The position numbers and the translations under genes are program-made. A stretch of DNA of 64,000 nt from Phoronis australis. Its lineage: Eukaryota > Animalia > Phoronida. This document shows positions 28,601-42,300 of the stretch, one piece after another (within the stretch, counting starts at the first letter, position 1; every line of letters begins with the position of its first letter). The notes below the pieces were generated by a model that worked only from the letters and a program-made list of their open reading frames with translations, was not told the origin of the DNA and ran no database searches. The DNA is taken from the NCBI GenBank assembly GCA_002633005.1, contig NMRA01000112.1, positions 750,659 through 814,658 on the forward strand. Reading direction: 5' to 3'.

Positions 28601-29843
28601 ACGTCATAGTGACGTAACGAGAGCTGACGTATTACTCCAGCTCAGGTAACCAGCCGTCTTCGAAACATTTCTATTAATAGTGCCTATGGCCTGTTATTCA
28701 GAAAATCTACGTTGTCTCAATTGCTTTCAGGATGGTGGGTACAGTTTTAGAACAATAAATTGTCGGGCAATTACAAGTGGTGAATCTGGAGTAAGGCATT
28801 GCTCAAACAACTTGACCTTGATAATAAGGTACTGCGGAATTAAAGAGTATTTTTTGTAGGTATTATTTATTGGAATAGGCTTCTTAGAAAAATCGGTCTC
28901 TTAATTAGGTCTGATTAGAGCTGATGTCACCTGTTTGGGTACTGTTGTCCGAATGAGCAGAGGTAAGCTTCAGCTGTTAGACAATATGTCACCACAAACA
29001 ATTAGATGAACGCAATTAATAATAAACATTTGTTTATACAACATGTTCCTCAAGACAATTAATTATGCCTGGATCTGTTTTAAAATATAGTGCAACAAGG
29101 AATTCACTTCATTGTGATACAACTAAAACCTGATTTTTTTGTTATTCCATCCTTCTGGTAAACCTTAAACTACCTAAATTACCTTAATTGGTTTAACTTA
29201 TGCCACAATCATGTTCAAACTAAAATATAAATACATTAATTAACAAAGTAACCTTTAGCTATGAACAAATTAAAAATGATGACACAAGTTTCAGCAATTG
29301 TTCTTTGAAAATTTAGCAAGATGTCCGATTTCCTTTAATTACAGATACGATTTGTTACATAATTAATAAAAATATTTTGACAAAGACATTTAAAAATGAA
29401 TTTCTGTAAAAGGTTAAACATTCTAGAGTTGACTTAATGCATATTCATACTAGTTTGACATTTTTTCTCAGCTAGAGAAAACAGATAGACTTAATTTCCA
29501 TTGAAAATATATATGCTCTATTAATTATGATAATTACCATCTTAAGTGTTAGGAAAACTACTTTTATGCTTTTAACATGTTTTTAGAAGTTATCAACATT
29601 AATTTGAAATCAAAATAAAGTATCCTGCTTATCACCTGCAACAGCAATGAAGCAGATATTTTGTGTCAAGTCATTTCAAAAAATTACCTACGTGACTTGA
29701 CCTGGATTTGACCTTGACCCCAAATTTCGGGCAACCGACCCCCATGAGATTCAGCGTGTCCCAAAGTATCTGTGTACCAACTTTGGTGCTTTAATCCGGG
29801 GTGTAAATGTTTTGGGGTTTTTGGCTGCTAAGGGTCCGGACTA
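25640..29843 (-). mobile_element. Academ-superfamily DNA transposon, decayed, 4204 bp
   Basis: Starts TAG (25640) and ends CTA (29843). ~140-150-bp imperfect TIRs (…CGGATTAAAGCACCAAA…GCTGAATCTCAT.GGGGTCGGTTGCCC…). 3-bp TSD GTA at 25637-25639 and 29844-29846. Internal transposase pseudogene carries Academ-type motifs. Confidence 0.85.
26330..28600 (-). pseudogene. Academ transposase/XPG-like polyprotein pseudogene
   Basis: Colinear minus-strand fragments: YFFALDLQNYARW (28108-28431), GGAIGL, GNPF (27811-28035), RVDIVFDAY.EDSLK, H.ESDT and ETDVVV (26920-27468), FHALTGLDTTSQFYGKGKKTAW (~26815-26885). Many frameshifts and stops; boundaries approximate. Confidence 0.8.
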
Positions 29844-32800
29844 GTAGTCCATGTGATCAAGACTAATGAACTTAGCCGTTGTGCACGAGAATGTATTCAA
29901 CCAACAAAGGCTAGCCCTCCCAACAAGGGCACAGACTGGTCCCTTCGTCACAAAAATTCTTAACTACTTTTACTTCCATGTTGACGGCTTTTGGGCAACT
30001 ATAACACATTTCAGGTGCGCCTGCCGACGTATTAGTTGGAGAGCCAACAGGACTTTATTCACACTTTTGAGTGAAAAAGGTTTGACTACGTCGTTCTATT
30101 ACATATCATCTACCATTGGGCTTTGTTGGCTGGGGTCCAAAAGAGGACCCAAAAATCCATTAAATTAAAATTATTTTCCTTCAAATCACCACTCAAATTA
30201 AAATGATGGAACTTGAGACGTGGAAATGCCAGGGGTTATCAATTAAGACAATTTATTTAAACTTTTAAGTGTAACAAAAATTATTTTTCCAAAAGATAGT
30301 TTAGTGAATCTGAACACAACATCCCTAGCTTAAGACGCGATTTTCCCTGGGGTTTGCAAATAAGACAGGGGAGCTTGCACGACTCCGACTGCGCGCCAGA
30401 CTGGAACGAGAGTGACCGCCCTCTAGTGTCAGTCTGATCTTGTTTGTTTTACGAAAAGAGTTTGCTATCAACAAATTTCTCTATATCTGGTTTCCAATGA
30501 ATAAATTAAGAAATAGGTCACGGATCTTCACCAAGTCATCACAATAGGAAGACGAGTAATTATAATAGATTCCAGGCGAAAACACGAGGAAGTTCTGATA
30601 TTTCATACAAACTCTAAGGGGAACCAGACGCGTAATGTGAATGGTCCCGAGCATGACCTCTCTGCTGATTTGACTTAATTTGGTTACATGTTGTCGTTAC
30701 AACGTTTAAATCTAAACCGTCTGAGTGCGAATTGGCAAGTCAATAGACATGGACTTCCAAAGAACCACAACGCCATATTGTTCTTAACCTCGCACAAGTT
30801 CCGTAGATGTAGTTCTGCAACTCGCGGTAAGAGATTAGAAACATGAAGTCAAGGGAAGTGGGACAAAAGCCACCTACTTTGCTATCTCTCAAAATGCATA
30901 TTTTGTCCTGCAAATGAGTGAGTGATTACGAACACCTGAGGTAGTAAATTATATTTTATTGTCTATGGTGTGTTTCCTTATCATACATGTAATTATAACC
31001 ACGACCACAACACTATCATCACCGCAATTTTTGTTCTAAAGTGACGGCCGTGAGACCTATCTTCACACTTTTTGGCAAGCTTTCGAATATGACTGTGTAT
31101 AAAAGCATTTAGTTGACGAATGCTGAGTAACATTCATTTATCTTCAACCTACAAATTATCTACATAAAGAGATAACAGACTTTGTAACAGTCCACAGAAT
31201 ATCCGATAGCACTGAAAAGATAAAAACAAAACGAAAATAAACCTTAACAGATAAGATAAAATCTGCAATATCACGCATAAACACAAACTGCTGAATAAAT
31301 GAACAGAAAAAAAGAAATATACGTACACAGAGACAACTACATGTGCCAATCAACAAATACACTGTCTGTATAAACATTGTAGAGTACAGTACAAGACGGT
31401 GCAAATGGTGAAATTGATATGCCTAAGCTAGTGTCAACATTGAGTTGTGGCAGATTCACGATTATTGCCAGAGTAGGAGGGTCTGATAATGGATAGGCAT
31501 AGGGGGCACTCAACATCCCTCCTCTCAGCAATTCAAGATGGCCGAGAAGTGTCCCCTTTGGACCCGCACCTGCAGTATCTTGTTTTTAATTGAAGAGGTA
31601 GTTTTCGGGTTGCACTGCAAAGAGTTGTCAAGGAGGATCCCACCAAACTTGTCATACGAGACCATTGATTATGTTCACCGATAGGCAGGTTGCCCATTTC
31701 ATCGATCCATTTGTAAGACAGGAGGGAGATCTGTGGAATCCCGTTTCTTTTCACCACTTAGCTATTGGTTGGAAATGAGCAATCATTTTTTTCTGTAGTT
31801 GATTTCGAAGTTGCTCCTGTCCTCTCTCCATAAAAAGGACGACAGAAGACTCCGATTACTAAAATATGAATGCGCGCATATGAAAAAGAGCAGTACCGTA
31901 TATTAATTCCAAAGTTATAAGCAGGCAATTTTAAAAACGAAACCCTGTTTCTCGAATGTAAACGATAATCGGGGACAAAACCTTACCCGTAAATGTGACG
32001 TATTTTCCCTTCACATTGCCACTCCTGACCACTTAATATAACGATCTGACATTATTATTATTTATCACGTCATTGCAAACACAACTATAACATTTATGTT
32101 TAACTCTTAGTTAGTCAAAAACGGAGACACCATCACTTCATTACACGAGGACTTAATGGACCCTGCAGGCTTACGTTGACATTGTTAGAGTTAGTGTTTT
32201 CGATCAAACAGCGCCCCCTTTTGATGTCAAGATCAGCAATTGATCTATGGTGAAGGTAAGTGCCTGAATGATTTTCAGGAAAGTATCTACTCGACTAAAC
32301 ACTTTCATAGTTTGGCACAAATTCTGTACGGGATTTGGGTTTTTTAATGAAAGGTGTTTTGTCTTATTTAAAAGGATAGGTCTTACTCCAACTCGTAAAA
32401 CTTATCGATCGTCGTTTGTAACGTTTTCTATGGTATTCACATGGTACACACATGCCAAGGTGAATTTCGCCCTAGTTTGTTTAGCTGTCACTTTAAACAT
32501 CTTTGTGTTCTTAACCAAAGAGTGCATGTATAACGCGTTTCAAAATACTGCTATGTCTGAGCAACTCCAAATAAGCCTCGGATGAGTCAGTAATTAAGTA
32601 AATTTTTAAATCAAGGAATCTCTGTTGTTCATTTCAGTCCGTGCCATCTTGTTACAAGACACTGTTGCACTTGTCACGTGAACAAAAGGGCATGGCTCAG
32701 TAACTAGGACAACTGAGGTTATCAGTCTTATGAAGTCATGGAAATAGCTATTGTTGTGTCGCGCGACTGTCTTATTTTTGAACAGAATTTCCAGCACGAC

Positions 32801-33079
32801 TTTTCTGAATTTCAGGGTTGGCCTACCCGATAAAAAGACAATTTTCCGACGCATTTTTTTGGCCTGTTGAAAGCACGTTCTTTTTGGTAACAGAAAACAT
32901 GCCCTATTATGCTAAGGAAATATTGAGACCAATTTTATAAGGGTATAACAGCTAATTAGATGTTTTCGTTTTTTGTTAATTAAACGAAACGGGGCGATTT
33001 GCAGCATTAACATTAATCAAATGTTTCATACAAATAAATTTCAGCGTGTCCACCCATCGAACTTCCCTGATATAACTTT

Positions 33080-33391
33080 TTATACGAACACGTTTCTCTG
33101 AAGGACACAAGATGTCCAGTAGAAACCATTAAGAAGCAAGAAGGTTGTTGGAAAAAGTATTCTTGCAACCTTATCAATTTTACTGACACTGTTCACCCGT
33201 CGTCCACGTCCTCTCGCCTTAATGCTCGATTTGTACTCGTTATTCCCCTCCAGACACCGGAGAAGTTTCCGGAAGCAAGTACGATTTTCCGCCTCGATAT
33301 CTCTCATGGTGGCGACCATGAACAGGCCCTGATGCAATCCTTTACCCTTCTTCAGCTTTGTTGGCTTTCTCATGTGAGCTCCGAAAGGACC
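33080..33391 (-). CDS. Receptor gene 1, last coding exon (M3-M4 loop end and M4)
   Basis: TTTTAG acceptor; GPFGAHMRK...[26 protein letters not shown]...TAA. Confidence 0.92.
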   Translation of the reverse strand, partial: GPFGAHMRKPTKLKKGKGLHQGLFMVATMRDIEAENRTCFRKLLRCLEGNNEYKSSIKARGRGRRVNSVSKIDKVARILFPTTFLLLNGFYWTSCVLQRNVFV

Positions 33392-36300
33392 CTAAAACAG
33401 ATAACTTGTTAGTAAACATGTTCCTATTTCGTGAAAAAAATTAATTCCTCTACTTCTGGCAAAAACGTTTCTTGGTTTTCGTCTACAAACTCGATCATAA
33501 AATCAATCGGCACGCCGTTTTAGGAACTGCGTGGATATTCATTCCTCCGAAATTGTGATTGGCTCCCTTGTGACATCCTAAATCCACTAGTGCACAGCAT
33601 GGCACTTTTCTGTTATTAATCAATGCTTCATTCCGCGTTACATCAAGATTTCACAGATGAGTGCATTTGCCATTTATTAAAGAGAAATTAAGCCAACTTT
33701 TCTGTGAATAACAGGGATTTAATCACATGGGATTAATCAAGTTAGTAAAGTGAACATTGATCTGTTTCAAAAATAAACAGTGGAATGTAGTCATTTGAGG
33801 TTTCCGCCCAAAGCTACCGAAAAACACAAATCATGGTACGTAACAACAGTGACAGATCCAAGAGTTAAGGTGCGTGAATCATCCGTAATTTAAACGGTTT
33901 CGAGGAAAATGTTGCGAATTTCTAGAAGTGAGCAGCTATAGAATATGGTCTCTAGGTGGCAATGGAATCGAATGGTTTGTCATCTGTTATCTGGTAATGT
34001 GGTGTTCTTCACTAAACTGGTGGGGGAATAAACGAAGAATAGTTTGACACTTGGCCAAACGTGAGCTCAAGCGGCCATCTTGTTGTGTCCTTCATGGTTA
34101 CACACGTCGTTAATGTCGACATATTTTTGGAATTCATGGAGAAAATCATACAAAAATCTGTACCTCACACTTGTGACTTTTTGATTTTGAACGCGATCCG
34201 CGCAATTGCATGTGTACTGTATGGACATGCTGCGTCGAAGCGCGTAAGAATTTTTGCATTTGCCTAGGCCTTCCTTTAATTTAGCAATTTATAAAAATCT
34301 GTTTGAAATCCTGGTTTGACGTTTCAAAGCCTTCAGTCTCCGTTGAATTACGAGCAATGCTGAGTCTTGTGACTTATGCAGTAGTTCTGTTAATAAGTTC
34401 ACCTCAGAAGAAACCAATTACCCTGCTTAGCACAGCTTAACAATAGTTGATGATTTTCTGATGATGTGCGTGTAATGTACCATGGATGATGAGGTGCGCA
34501 TAACTTTCCTTGAAAATTACCGGCATCGTGCGCTGACTGTTCGGCTATTGGTTAGTCTATCCAAACTCCAGGCGGATTTTTTTTGTAAAAAATAGCAGCC
34601 ACAATGTTGTTGGAAAAAAGTAACTACTTGATCGTGTTTTCCTTGCATGTATTGTTCATTTTTAATTGATCCTTGTTTTTTCTTGGACCTTGGTTTATTT
34701 GTCATCCTTACTTTTAGTATGTACCCTTACGTGTCTCTAGCTGTATTGATTGCACAGTCTGGTATTATATTTATTGTACTGTATTATATTACTTTTCTGG
34801 TCAATCGCTGTTAAACAAATCCACCAACCAATCAATCAAAAAGCCACTGTAAAAAGTATTGCTGTTTTCGAGCCATGGTATTGTGTAGTCTCGAACCCAT
34901 ATTAAGAACTTCCATGTTAAGTATTAAAATGATTACCAAGTCCGGCATTGGTCTATTAAGTAGTTGAATCAAATAGATGCTGGAATGCCGTGCAGTTATC
35001 GACGGACAAAATACAAAATAGTAAAACTAGTAAAAATAAAACGACGAGCGCCGGTCCAAAATATATTAAACTATTCCCCACGTTTCGAGCGATGCGCTCG
35101 TTGTCAAGGGTATGTTAACAAATACTAAGTGCAACAGCGCCATCTAAATTGTATGACCTGTAACATTTGCCATCCCTTAAAGGTTTGGAACAAGTATGGA
35201 AACTAGGTCCTCACAATGTTGATTCTACAAACGTGACTCACGTTGTAAGGGAAAACTCGACGACTGTGTGAAATACCGTCTACAAAGGACCAGGGCATGC
35301 AATCGGTGACACAATTAGACAATTTTTTAGCTGATCAATGTTTTTCTCTCTTAAGGGATACTACCAGAAGCGCATCTTCAGGATAAGAGAACAAGCTGTG
35401 GGTAAAATCACCGAAACAGGGTTTATTGTACTTTAAACTTATCAGTTATTTGCTGTACAACAATAACTATTTTGATATATGACAACTAGGGTTTTGGAAA
35501 AAAAGTCAGTGAAGATGATGGGAGTAACTGGCCTTGAGACCGGCATTTTTGGGAGTGAAGATACTACATGTACAGACTACTTAGTTCAATTTATTTATGC
35601 ACGAATCTACACTCGTCAAGCAGAGTAATTTGAGAGCTCCGTGAATATTAATATTGGTTTATTTGAACTAGAGGTGTTCTGATATACAATGCTGTCACTG
35701 ACGCCTGAGATGTATAATATGCAGTGTGATATAAATATTCGGTTGTTATTTGTTCTTTGACAGCGATGGAATCTTGCTCTGATTTGTTTTCCAATTTTTG
35801 AAAATTATTGTCATCTCCATAAAAATCACTCTCTTTCCGTGCCAGTAATAAGTTTCTGTGACCATAAATATTTTGTTTCTTGTATTAAGAGCTTGAAGAC
35901 GCAGACTGGACAAGGAAAATATGAGTAGTTGTTAAAATTGATTTGACCACCATATTTTGACTTTTTAGATCTCAGTAATTATCACTCAGCTGGCAGAAAT
36001 TTAGGGTGCATGACCCCTTAGGTTTCCTCTAGACGCACCAATAAACAAGTCTCATTATCGCGAACAATCTATGAGAAATGATTATTTTGTGAAGCTATAG
36101 CTTCAGTATCCACGGATAGAAGCAAACTAGTACAAAATTTATTGTTAGCACAAGTTAAAACACCATTGGGAAGTGAAAAGCCGTGCCTATTTCGAAGGTT
36201 GATAACAGGATTAAAACACGTTTACAGGAAAATATCTGCGCAAACTTACAATGTTTTTCATATCCCCATTTTCCTTTTCTTCACCGTCGCTTTCATCTTC

Positions 36301-39300
36301 TTCGTCGTCACTGTCGTCTGCTATATCGCCCTCGCCTGACTTCGTGAAGTAATGTACGCCTGCAAACTCCAACAACGTACCAATCACAAACACCCAACAC
36401 ATTATAATGTACCAATCAAGAGCCGTGGCATAAGAAACTTTCGGGAGATCATTGCGCGTGTCTAAGGACAGTGTTGTCAGTGTTAGGACTGTGGTGATGC
36501 CTGAAACAGAATAGGAGTGAACGTTGTTGCAAATCTTCATTTTGTAAGCACTAGACTTATTAGCCATTGACCACCGTCTCTAGTCCAGGCGCTTCATACG
36601 CAGGAAGTTTTCCGGCTAATTATGCCTCATACTGATTAAAACATCAAAGTCACGCTATTATAAGTACTTTAGATGAACACCTTAGGAGGCCTTCAATGTC
36701 TTTAATTCCTTCCAGCTCGAACAAATACTGCCGCAATCAAACTTTTTCTTCGAGAAGTCCTTTGCTTTGTTCCCGAAATCGGCAACTGGTCACTTTTTAC
36801 ACTGTACACGCCAAGAGATATGACGTCATACCATCTGAAAAGGGCCAGTTGCCGATTTGGGCAACTGAACGAAGGACTGCTTGAAGAAAAAGTTTAATTG
36901 CAGGAGTATTTGTTCAAGTTAGAAGGAATTAAAACATCGACGTCCTCCTAAAATGTCCCTCTATGCGCAAAAGGTACTTATAATAACGTGACTTTGATGT
37001 TTTAATCAGTGTGAGGCACAATTCGCCGAAAAGCGTCCTGCGTATGAAGTGCCTATAGGAGCTTCACCGTCTCTAGTCCAGCTAACGAGTATTAATCTTT
37101 GTACCGATAGATGGACTGCGGGATGCCCATTATTCAAAGCAGACTGAAACCAACCAACGAATATAGAAAAAGTGCAGGCTACACCTGTACATTTTCAGCC
37201 AACGGGTGACTCCGATAGAAAATATTCCACACACAGAAAACCGAAAGTAGCGGTTGAGGTTTTGATGACCTGTGTTGAAGCGACATCATTCAATAGGGGA
37301 TCACGTAATTTTGAGAAGTCTGGACCACCGGATTTCGAAAACCCCTGATTGCCCGTTTTGCGTTACATAACTATGAAGAATTAATTTTACACCAACAGCC
37401 GGCTTCATAGTCCAGAAAAGATAGACGTCAGAATTTGGAAAGAACGTTTATAACGATTTACACATGGATGCGAATTGTATGGATACCTAGGCCAACCCGA
37501 TCCGACGTTGCCTCACGATTTATGAAGAACGACACCCAGGAAAGTACGACGACTAAAATACAGGGGACATAAACCTGCAGCATGAAGTAACCGGTGTGAC
37601 GTCGGAACTTGAACACGACACTGAGCTTGGCGTAATCAACTGAAAAGAAACAAAGTACCTATTACAAATTTAAGACAGACAACATAAAGAGTGAGAACTT
37701 TTATTTTGATTATTTTTTTGTATTAATAAAAGGATAAAGATTTGTCAGTAGCAACTTTAAACGACTATATATTTTGCAGAAAATTTGAAATTGGTTTGTA
37801 AAAAACGTCGAAGGAGGTGTAGTCAGATTTCTCAACGCAGAAATAACACATTGGTTTCAATTTCAAGACAAGGGCTCCAACTAACGATTTTACCGTTTAT
37901 ACACCAATAACTAAATTGAGACGGATATGTACCCCATACTAGTCTAAAGCATACGTGACATTTCATTCTTGCACTCTTACAGTACCATCGGATAACAAAT
38001 TGTGTTACAAGGTCAGAGTATCTTTAAACCAAAAGACCCGTCTGTAACCCAAAACAACTCTCATAAGTTGTGGAAAAATCTGAAAATTCTTAATAGCGAC
38101 GTCTACTAATTTGCAAGCGAGTTGGACGAGCTAACTGACATCAGTGGAGAGAGTCCTCTCATCTCGAACTCAAAAACCAGCTAGTAATGTAATGAGGCTG
38201 AGGATGTGTTTTAGGTGCCCATTTTTTAACTAGTAGCCTAGAATGCCTGCTCACAGAATGAGCTTCGAATGAAATCACCTAAACAGATGGTGTCCATGTC
38301 TTTCAAGGAAATCGAAATAGACCAATACCCTGACCCGTGGCCACAGATCTTTATTCTGGGTAGGCCTACCTTCTCCAGGGGCCGTCTCTGGTTAAGTGTA
38401 ATGGTTGTAGTCTTAATCCGAAGCCTCACCTGATTTAATAGAGACCACTGAGTTGAACTGCGGATGATCTATCAAATCAAACTGAGACAGCTTTACATCC
38501 GGGGACACAACCAGAGACTTGTTGTTTCCGTATTTCCACGTATACGTGGCCTCGTGGGTAGGGTAGGCGACTAAAAAGCAATATATACAATAACGTACAA
38601 ACTATGTCAAAAATGAGTACTAAGCACCCAAGACATGAAAACTGACCATTGAGTGACGTTACTTATGTCCTCTCGGATTTTTCAGAAATAGAGATATACC
38701 CAATTTAGCAGTTTGCATTTGGACACGTACAAAAGGTTTACATAAATCCGTTTAAAACTGCTCATTATCAGGACAGAATGCTTTCTGTCATTTGAAGCAA
38801 AATTAAATCAAAGGGCAAAGAATGAGTTCCAGAACCATGAACATGAACTTACAGCTTCCAATCTCCAAAGGACACACCTGGTTGTCCATTGGAAAGTAGT
38901 GCAGCTCCATCATGCATTTGGCTTTAATTGTGAGTCTGAAAATGGTAGTCAGTTATGTTATGTTATAACTTGCAAGGAATTTTTGGACTTTTAATGTACT
39001 GGAATGATAAAATAAACGTTGTGGATTGTATGCTTTTAAGTAAGTGGCTATGTTGTCTTTATAGATTCAAAAGCATGCGAAACGGGTGTTTCGGCAAGTA
39101 TGTATAGTCTTCATCATTCTTTAAATATATCAATTATTTCATTTCTCATGATCAATATTTTTGGGAAAGTTGTTATTTCTCCCATTTCTCCACAGAACCT
39201 CAAAGAAGGTCCTATGCCAAGATTCTTAACCGAAAATCTGCAAACCTGCCTTGAGATAACCCGGAAACAGCAAGAGATTGTTACGCTAGACACGTGACCT

Positions 39301-42300
39301 GTCTGTAAATAAGTATTTGCAGATACTCCGACACAGGTACATCGTAGAATTGAAGTCAGCGTAAGTTTTTTTATAAATCAATCCTTACCTTAGGTAATTG
39401 AAGAACGTGAACCCAAAGCCTTGTTTCTTAAAGATTCATTTGTTTTTTTTGTCCTTTGACTTTAGCCAAAAGTCAGATATCTGATGAAGAATAGCGAAAA
39501 GTTCATTTTTGTCTTTCATCTTTGCGTTTTGGTCTGGTCTGAAGCCGGCTACTGATTTCTGTCTTTTGGCTTCAAGTTGTAGACAGTTTTTTTACTTTGA
39601 GGCATTGCCTGATTTTGTGAGACAAACTAAGCCACTCGTTGACCGATTTTTAGCCAAAAGAACCTTGACAATAGACTCTCCGAGAAACCACGTGGCAAAT
39701 TTACTAAGGTTAGAGTTTCGTAGACGCAAGGAGCTTGCTAAGGAAGTTAGTGTGACCATGTGCTTCGCTTGCAATATATGGCGATATCTCGAGAAGTTTT
39801 GCTTTACTCGCAAGAAACTAGGTCTACGGAAAGCACGTCTGTTTGATTTGGTTTGGCCACCTGTGTCACCCTGAGCCCACGAGGTTGTGTACAGTAGGTA
39901 GGTGGGTAGGTACAACGTAGGTGAGTATGTGTGTAATCAATTCGTATAACACTTAGTTTATAAGTTAAACACAACCTACGTGTCTGTTTCTGTTCCACTG
40001 TGGCAGGGCTGAATATGACGGCATTCTCAGCTAAAATATGGAAGTATTGCACGTCCAGTTTCGTCATACGTTACGCAATTTAAAATAAAAACAAAAATAC
40101 ACGCATTCATTTATTTACCTCATGGAGTACAGTAAAGTACCGTCGTGTCGCAGTCGTAGAAGTTTGTTGGGAACGGATATGGTGTGCAAATACGACTGGA
40201 GCCCATTGAAAAAGTACGTGTCCGGCTTCCATATTCTGTCAAGGAACGAGTTATGCACGGCTAGTGTAACGTTGGGCATGTATTTGTCAAAGCGCAATCG
40301 TTCATCCTTCCATGTTTGCCGGAAATAAGCATCCATGGAATATCCCTGTGAAGCAAGAAGACACGGGTTCTAATAGTTGAAATTTTGATTTTCACCCTAT
40401 TTTAGAACATTCTCTTGGCAATAACATTTATTAACATGAACAGAGAGGCAAACTACAAGTCTATATGTAGGTCTATCAATTTTCTTGAATTTCTACGAAA
40501 AGTGGAGTTCACCGTCGACCAGTTCGTTGACCACGTTATTATAACACCACAAATTGAAACCTATATCGATGTGTTGTTGATTTATGCAAAAGTGGTGTAA
40601 TGCTAAAAGGTTATGATTTTTGAATTTCGTTTATGCTTTTTTAAATAAAATGATTTTGGTGACCAGCACGTCTTCAGTCACGTGCCAGTGTGCGAAATGC
40701 TGTCATTCACTTCAGCTGGTTGTTTTACTTTGAATGTCTGTGCAAAGAAAAAGGCTGCATTCCGTATAATAAGTCTCTTGTCAGAAAAGCGGGATCGCAA
40801 AAGTCTTCGTGATATATCGCCATGAATTATTAGCGAAGAACGTGGTCACACGGGTTTACTCGCGAGTGGTTTGAGTGTACGGAACGCGCCCCTGATCTCC
40901 ATTGCAAAGGTTATGTTTACAGTTCTTGGGTATCGTAAAATGGAAATATGGCACGTCTTGAACTCTCATTAGTTGTCATGAGTTAATATAAGTAGACTAA
41001 CCACACCAAGGAGTACGCTAACTCGATTAAAGTGAAATAAGCCTGCTACTGTTAACAAAGGACCACTGAACTCTGTGGTGTATTACTTTTTGCTATCGTC
41101 TATAGCAATAACATTATTAAAAAATAATAATTTCCAATTTCAAAAAAATGGAACAGTTTTGTCCCTTAGATGCCCTGTCACAAAATGGCGACATACACAT
41201 GCCCTCTCTTTACTACTCTGGTAGGGTAATGTAATTTTCTACTGATTAACCTAACCTGGGTCATCATGGTGAAATGCCGAATAAACATTGAGATCGTGTA
41301 GCAAACTCTGACATTTATGTTATCACCCCAACACATGTTTACGAAATATAAACCTAATTACTTACCGGCACTTGCTTAGCTTTCATTATATTTTATTAAT
41401 AATTTCCCCAGTCAGAGATACCAGCGTTTTTATGCAAGGCTAGACAAACTAGCCTAGTAAAATGTTTTATGTTGTGTGGGAGGTACTGTATAACCAGACG
41501 GATACTAAAGCCGATTTTGAGGTATAGACATATATTAAAACGACTTTGCCATCTAATTATGCAATATAGAATAATGCACTGTAGCCCTCGTCAGCCCTCA
41601 AAAGTTTGGAGCAAGTTTGAACACTATTTATAATTTGCCTTCCAAACCGCCAAGCATGACTAACACTTTTAACATTTAAGTGACACCTATAGGTTTCGTG
41701 TACAAACCAAGAGCCAAAGGATACATCTTATGACACCGAGTATGTGTTCGTATCACTACTCGATGACGCATTAACAGGAAACAGAACAAAACACCAAAAC
41801 ACAGAGTTTAGTATCCTTTTATGTAAGCGAGGTTTTCGAAAGACGTTGCCTCTCCCTGCTCGTTGCCTAGTCGGAGTTCTAAAGTGGTACTTATTCATTG
41901 CAAAATTACAAAAGATACAATGTCAATGTGTACAAACCCAGAAACCGCCGGGCATTACATCTGGGATGTAAAAAATACAGTGCACAATGCAGGTGTAATT
42001 TATACAAGGAAAATTGTTGAGCGAATTGTACAAACTAATTATTGGACACGACTGTACGCAAGTTGAATAAAAGTTATCCTTTTACGAGCATTGTCAAGCA
42101 AATTAATATAATACATTTGCGTAAAGGCTACTATAACTGACATCAAATGCAAGTTATTTACACACGTGCATGTACAAGACAACACGAGTAAAAACTTAGT
42201 TTTATTGCAAAGGAGGAAATATTTGTGGAAGAAATCGACGTGTCGACTACCATTCAATAACAGTTTTACTTTGCAAGGATATTGTGACAGTCGGTAAGCA

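Noticed and set aside
39509-39915. Overlapping 121-aa and 107-aa ORFs in a gene 1 intron
   Set aside because: No recognisable domain or splice-compatible boundaries; probably a non-coding repeat remnant whose paired termini I could not find.
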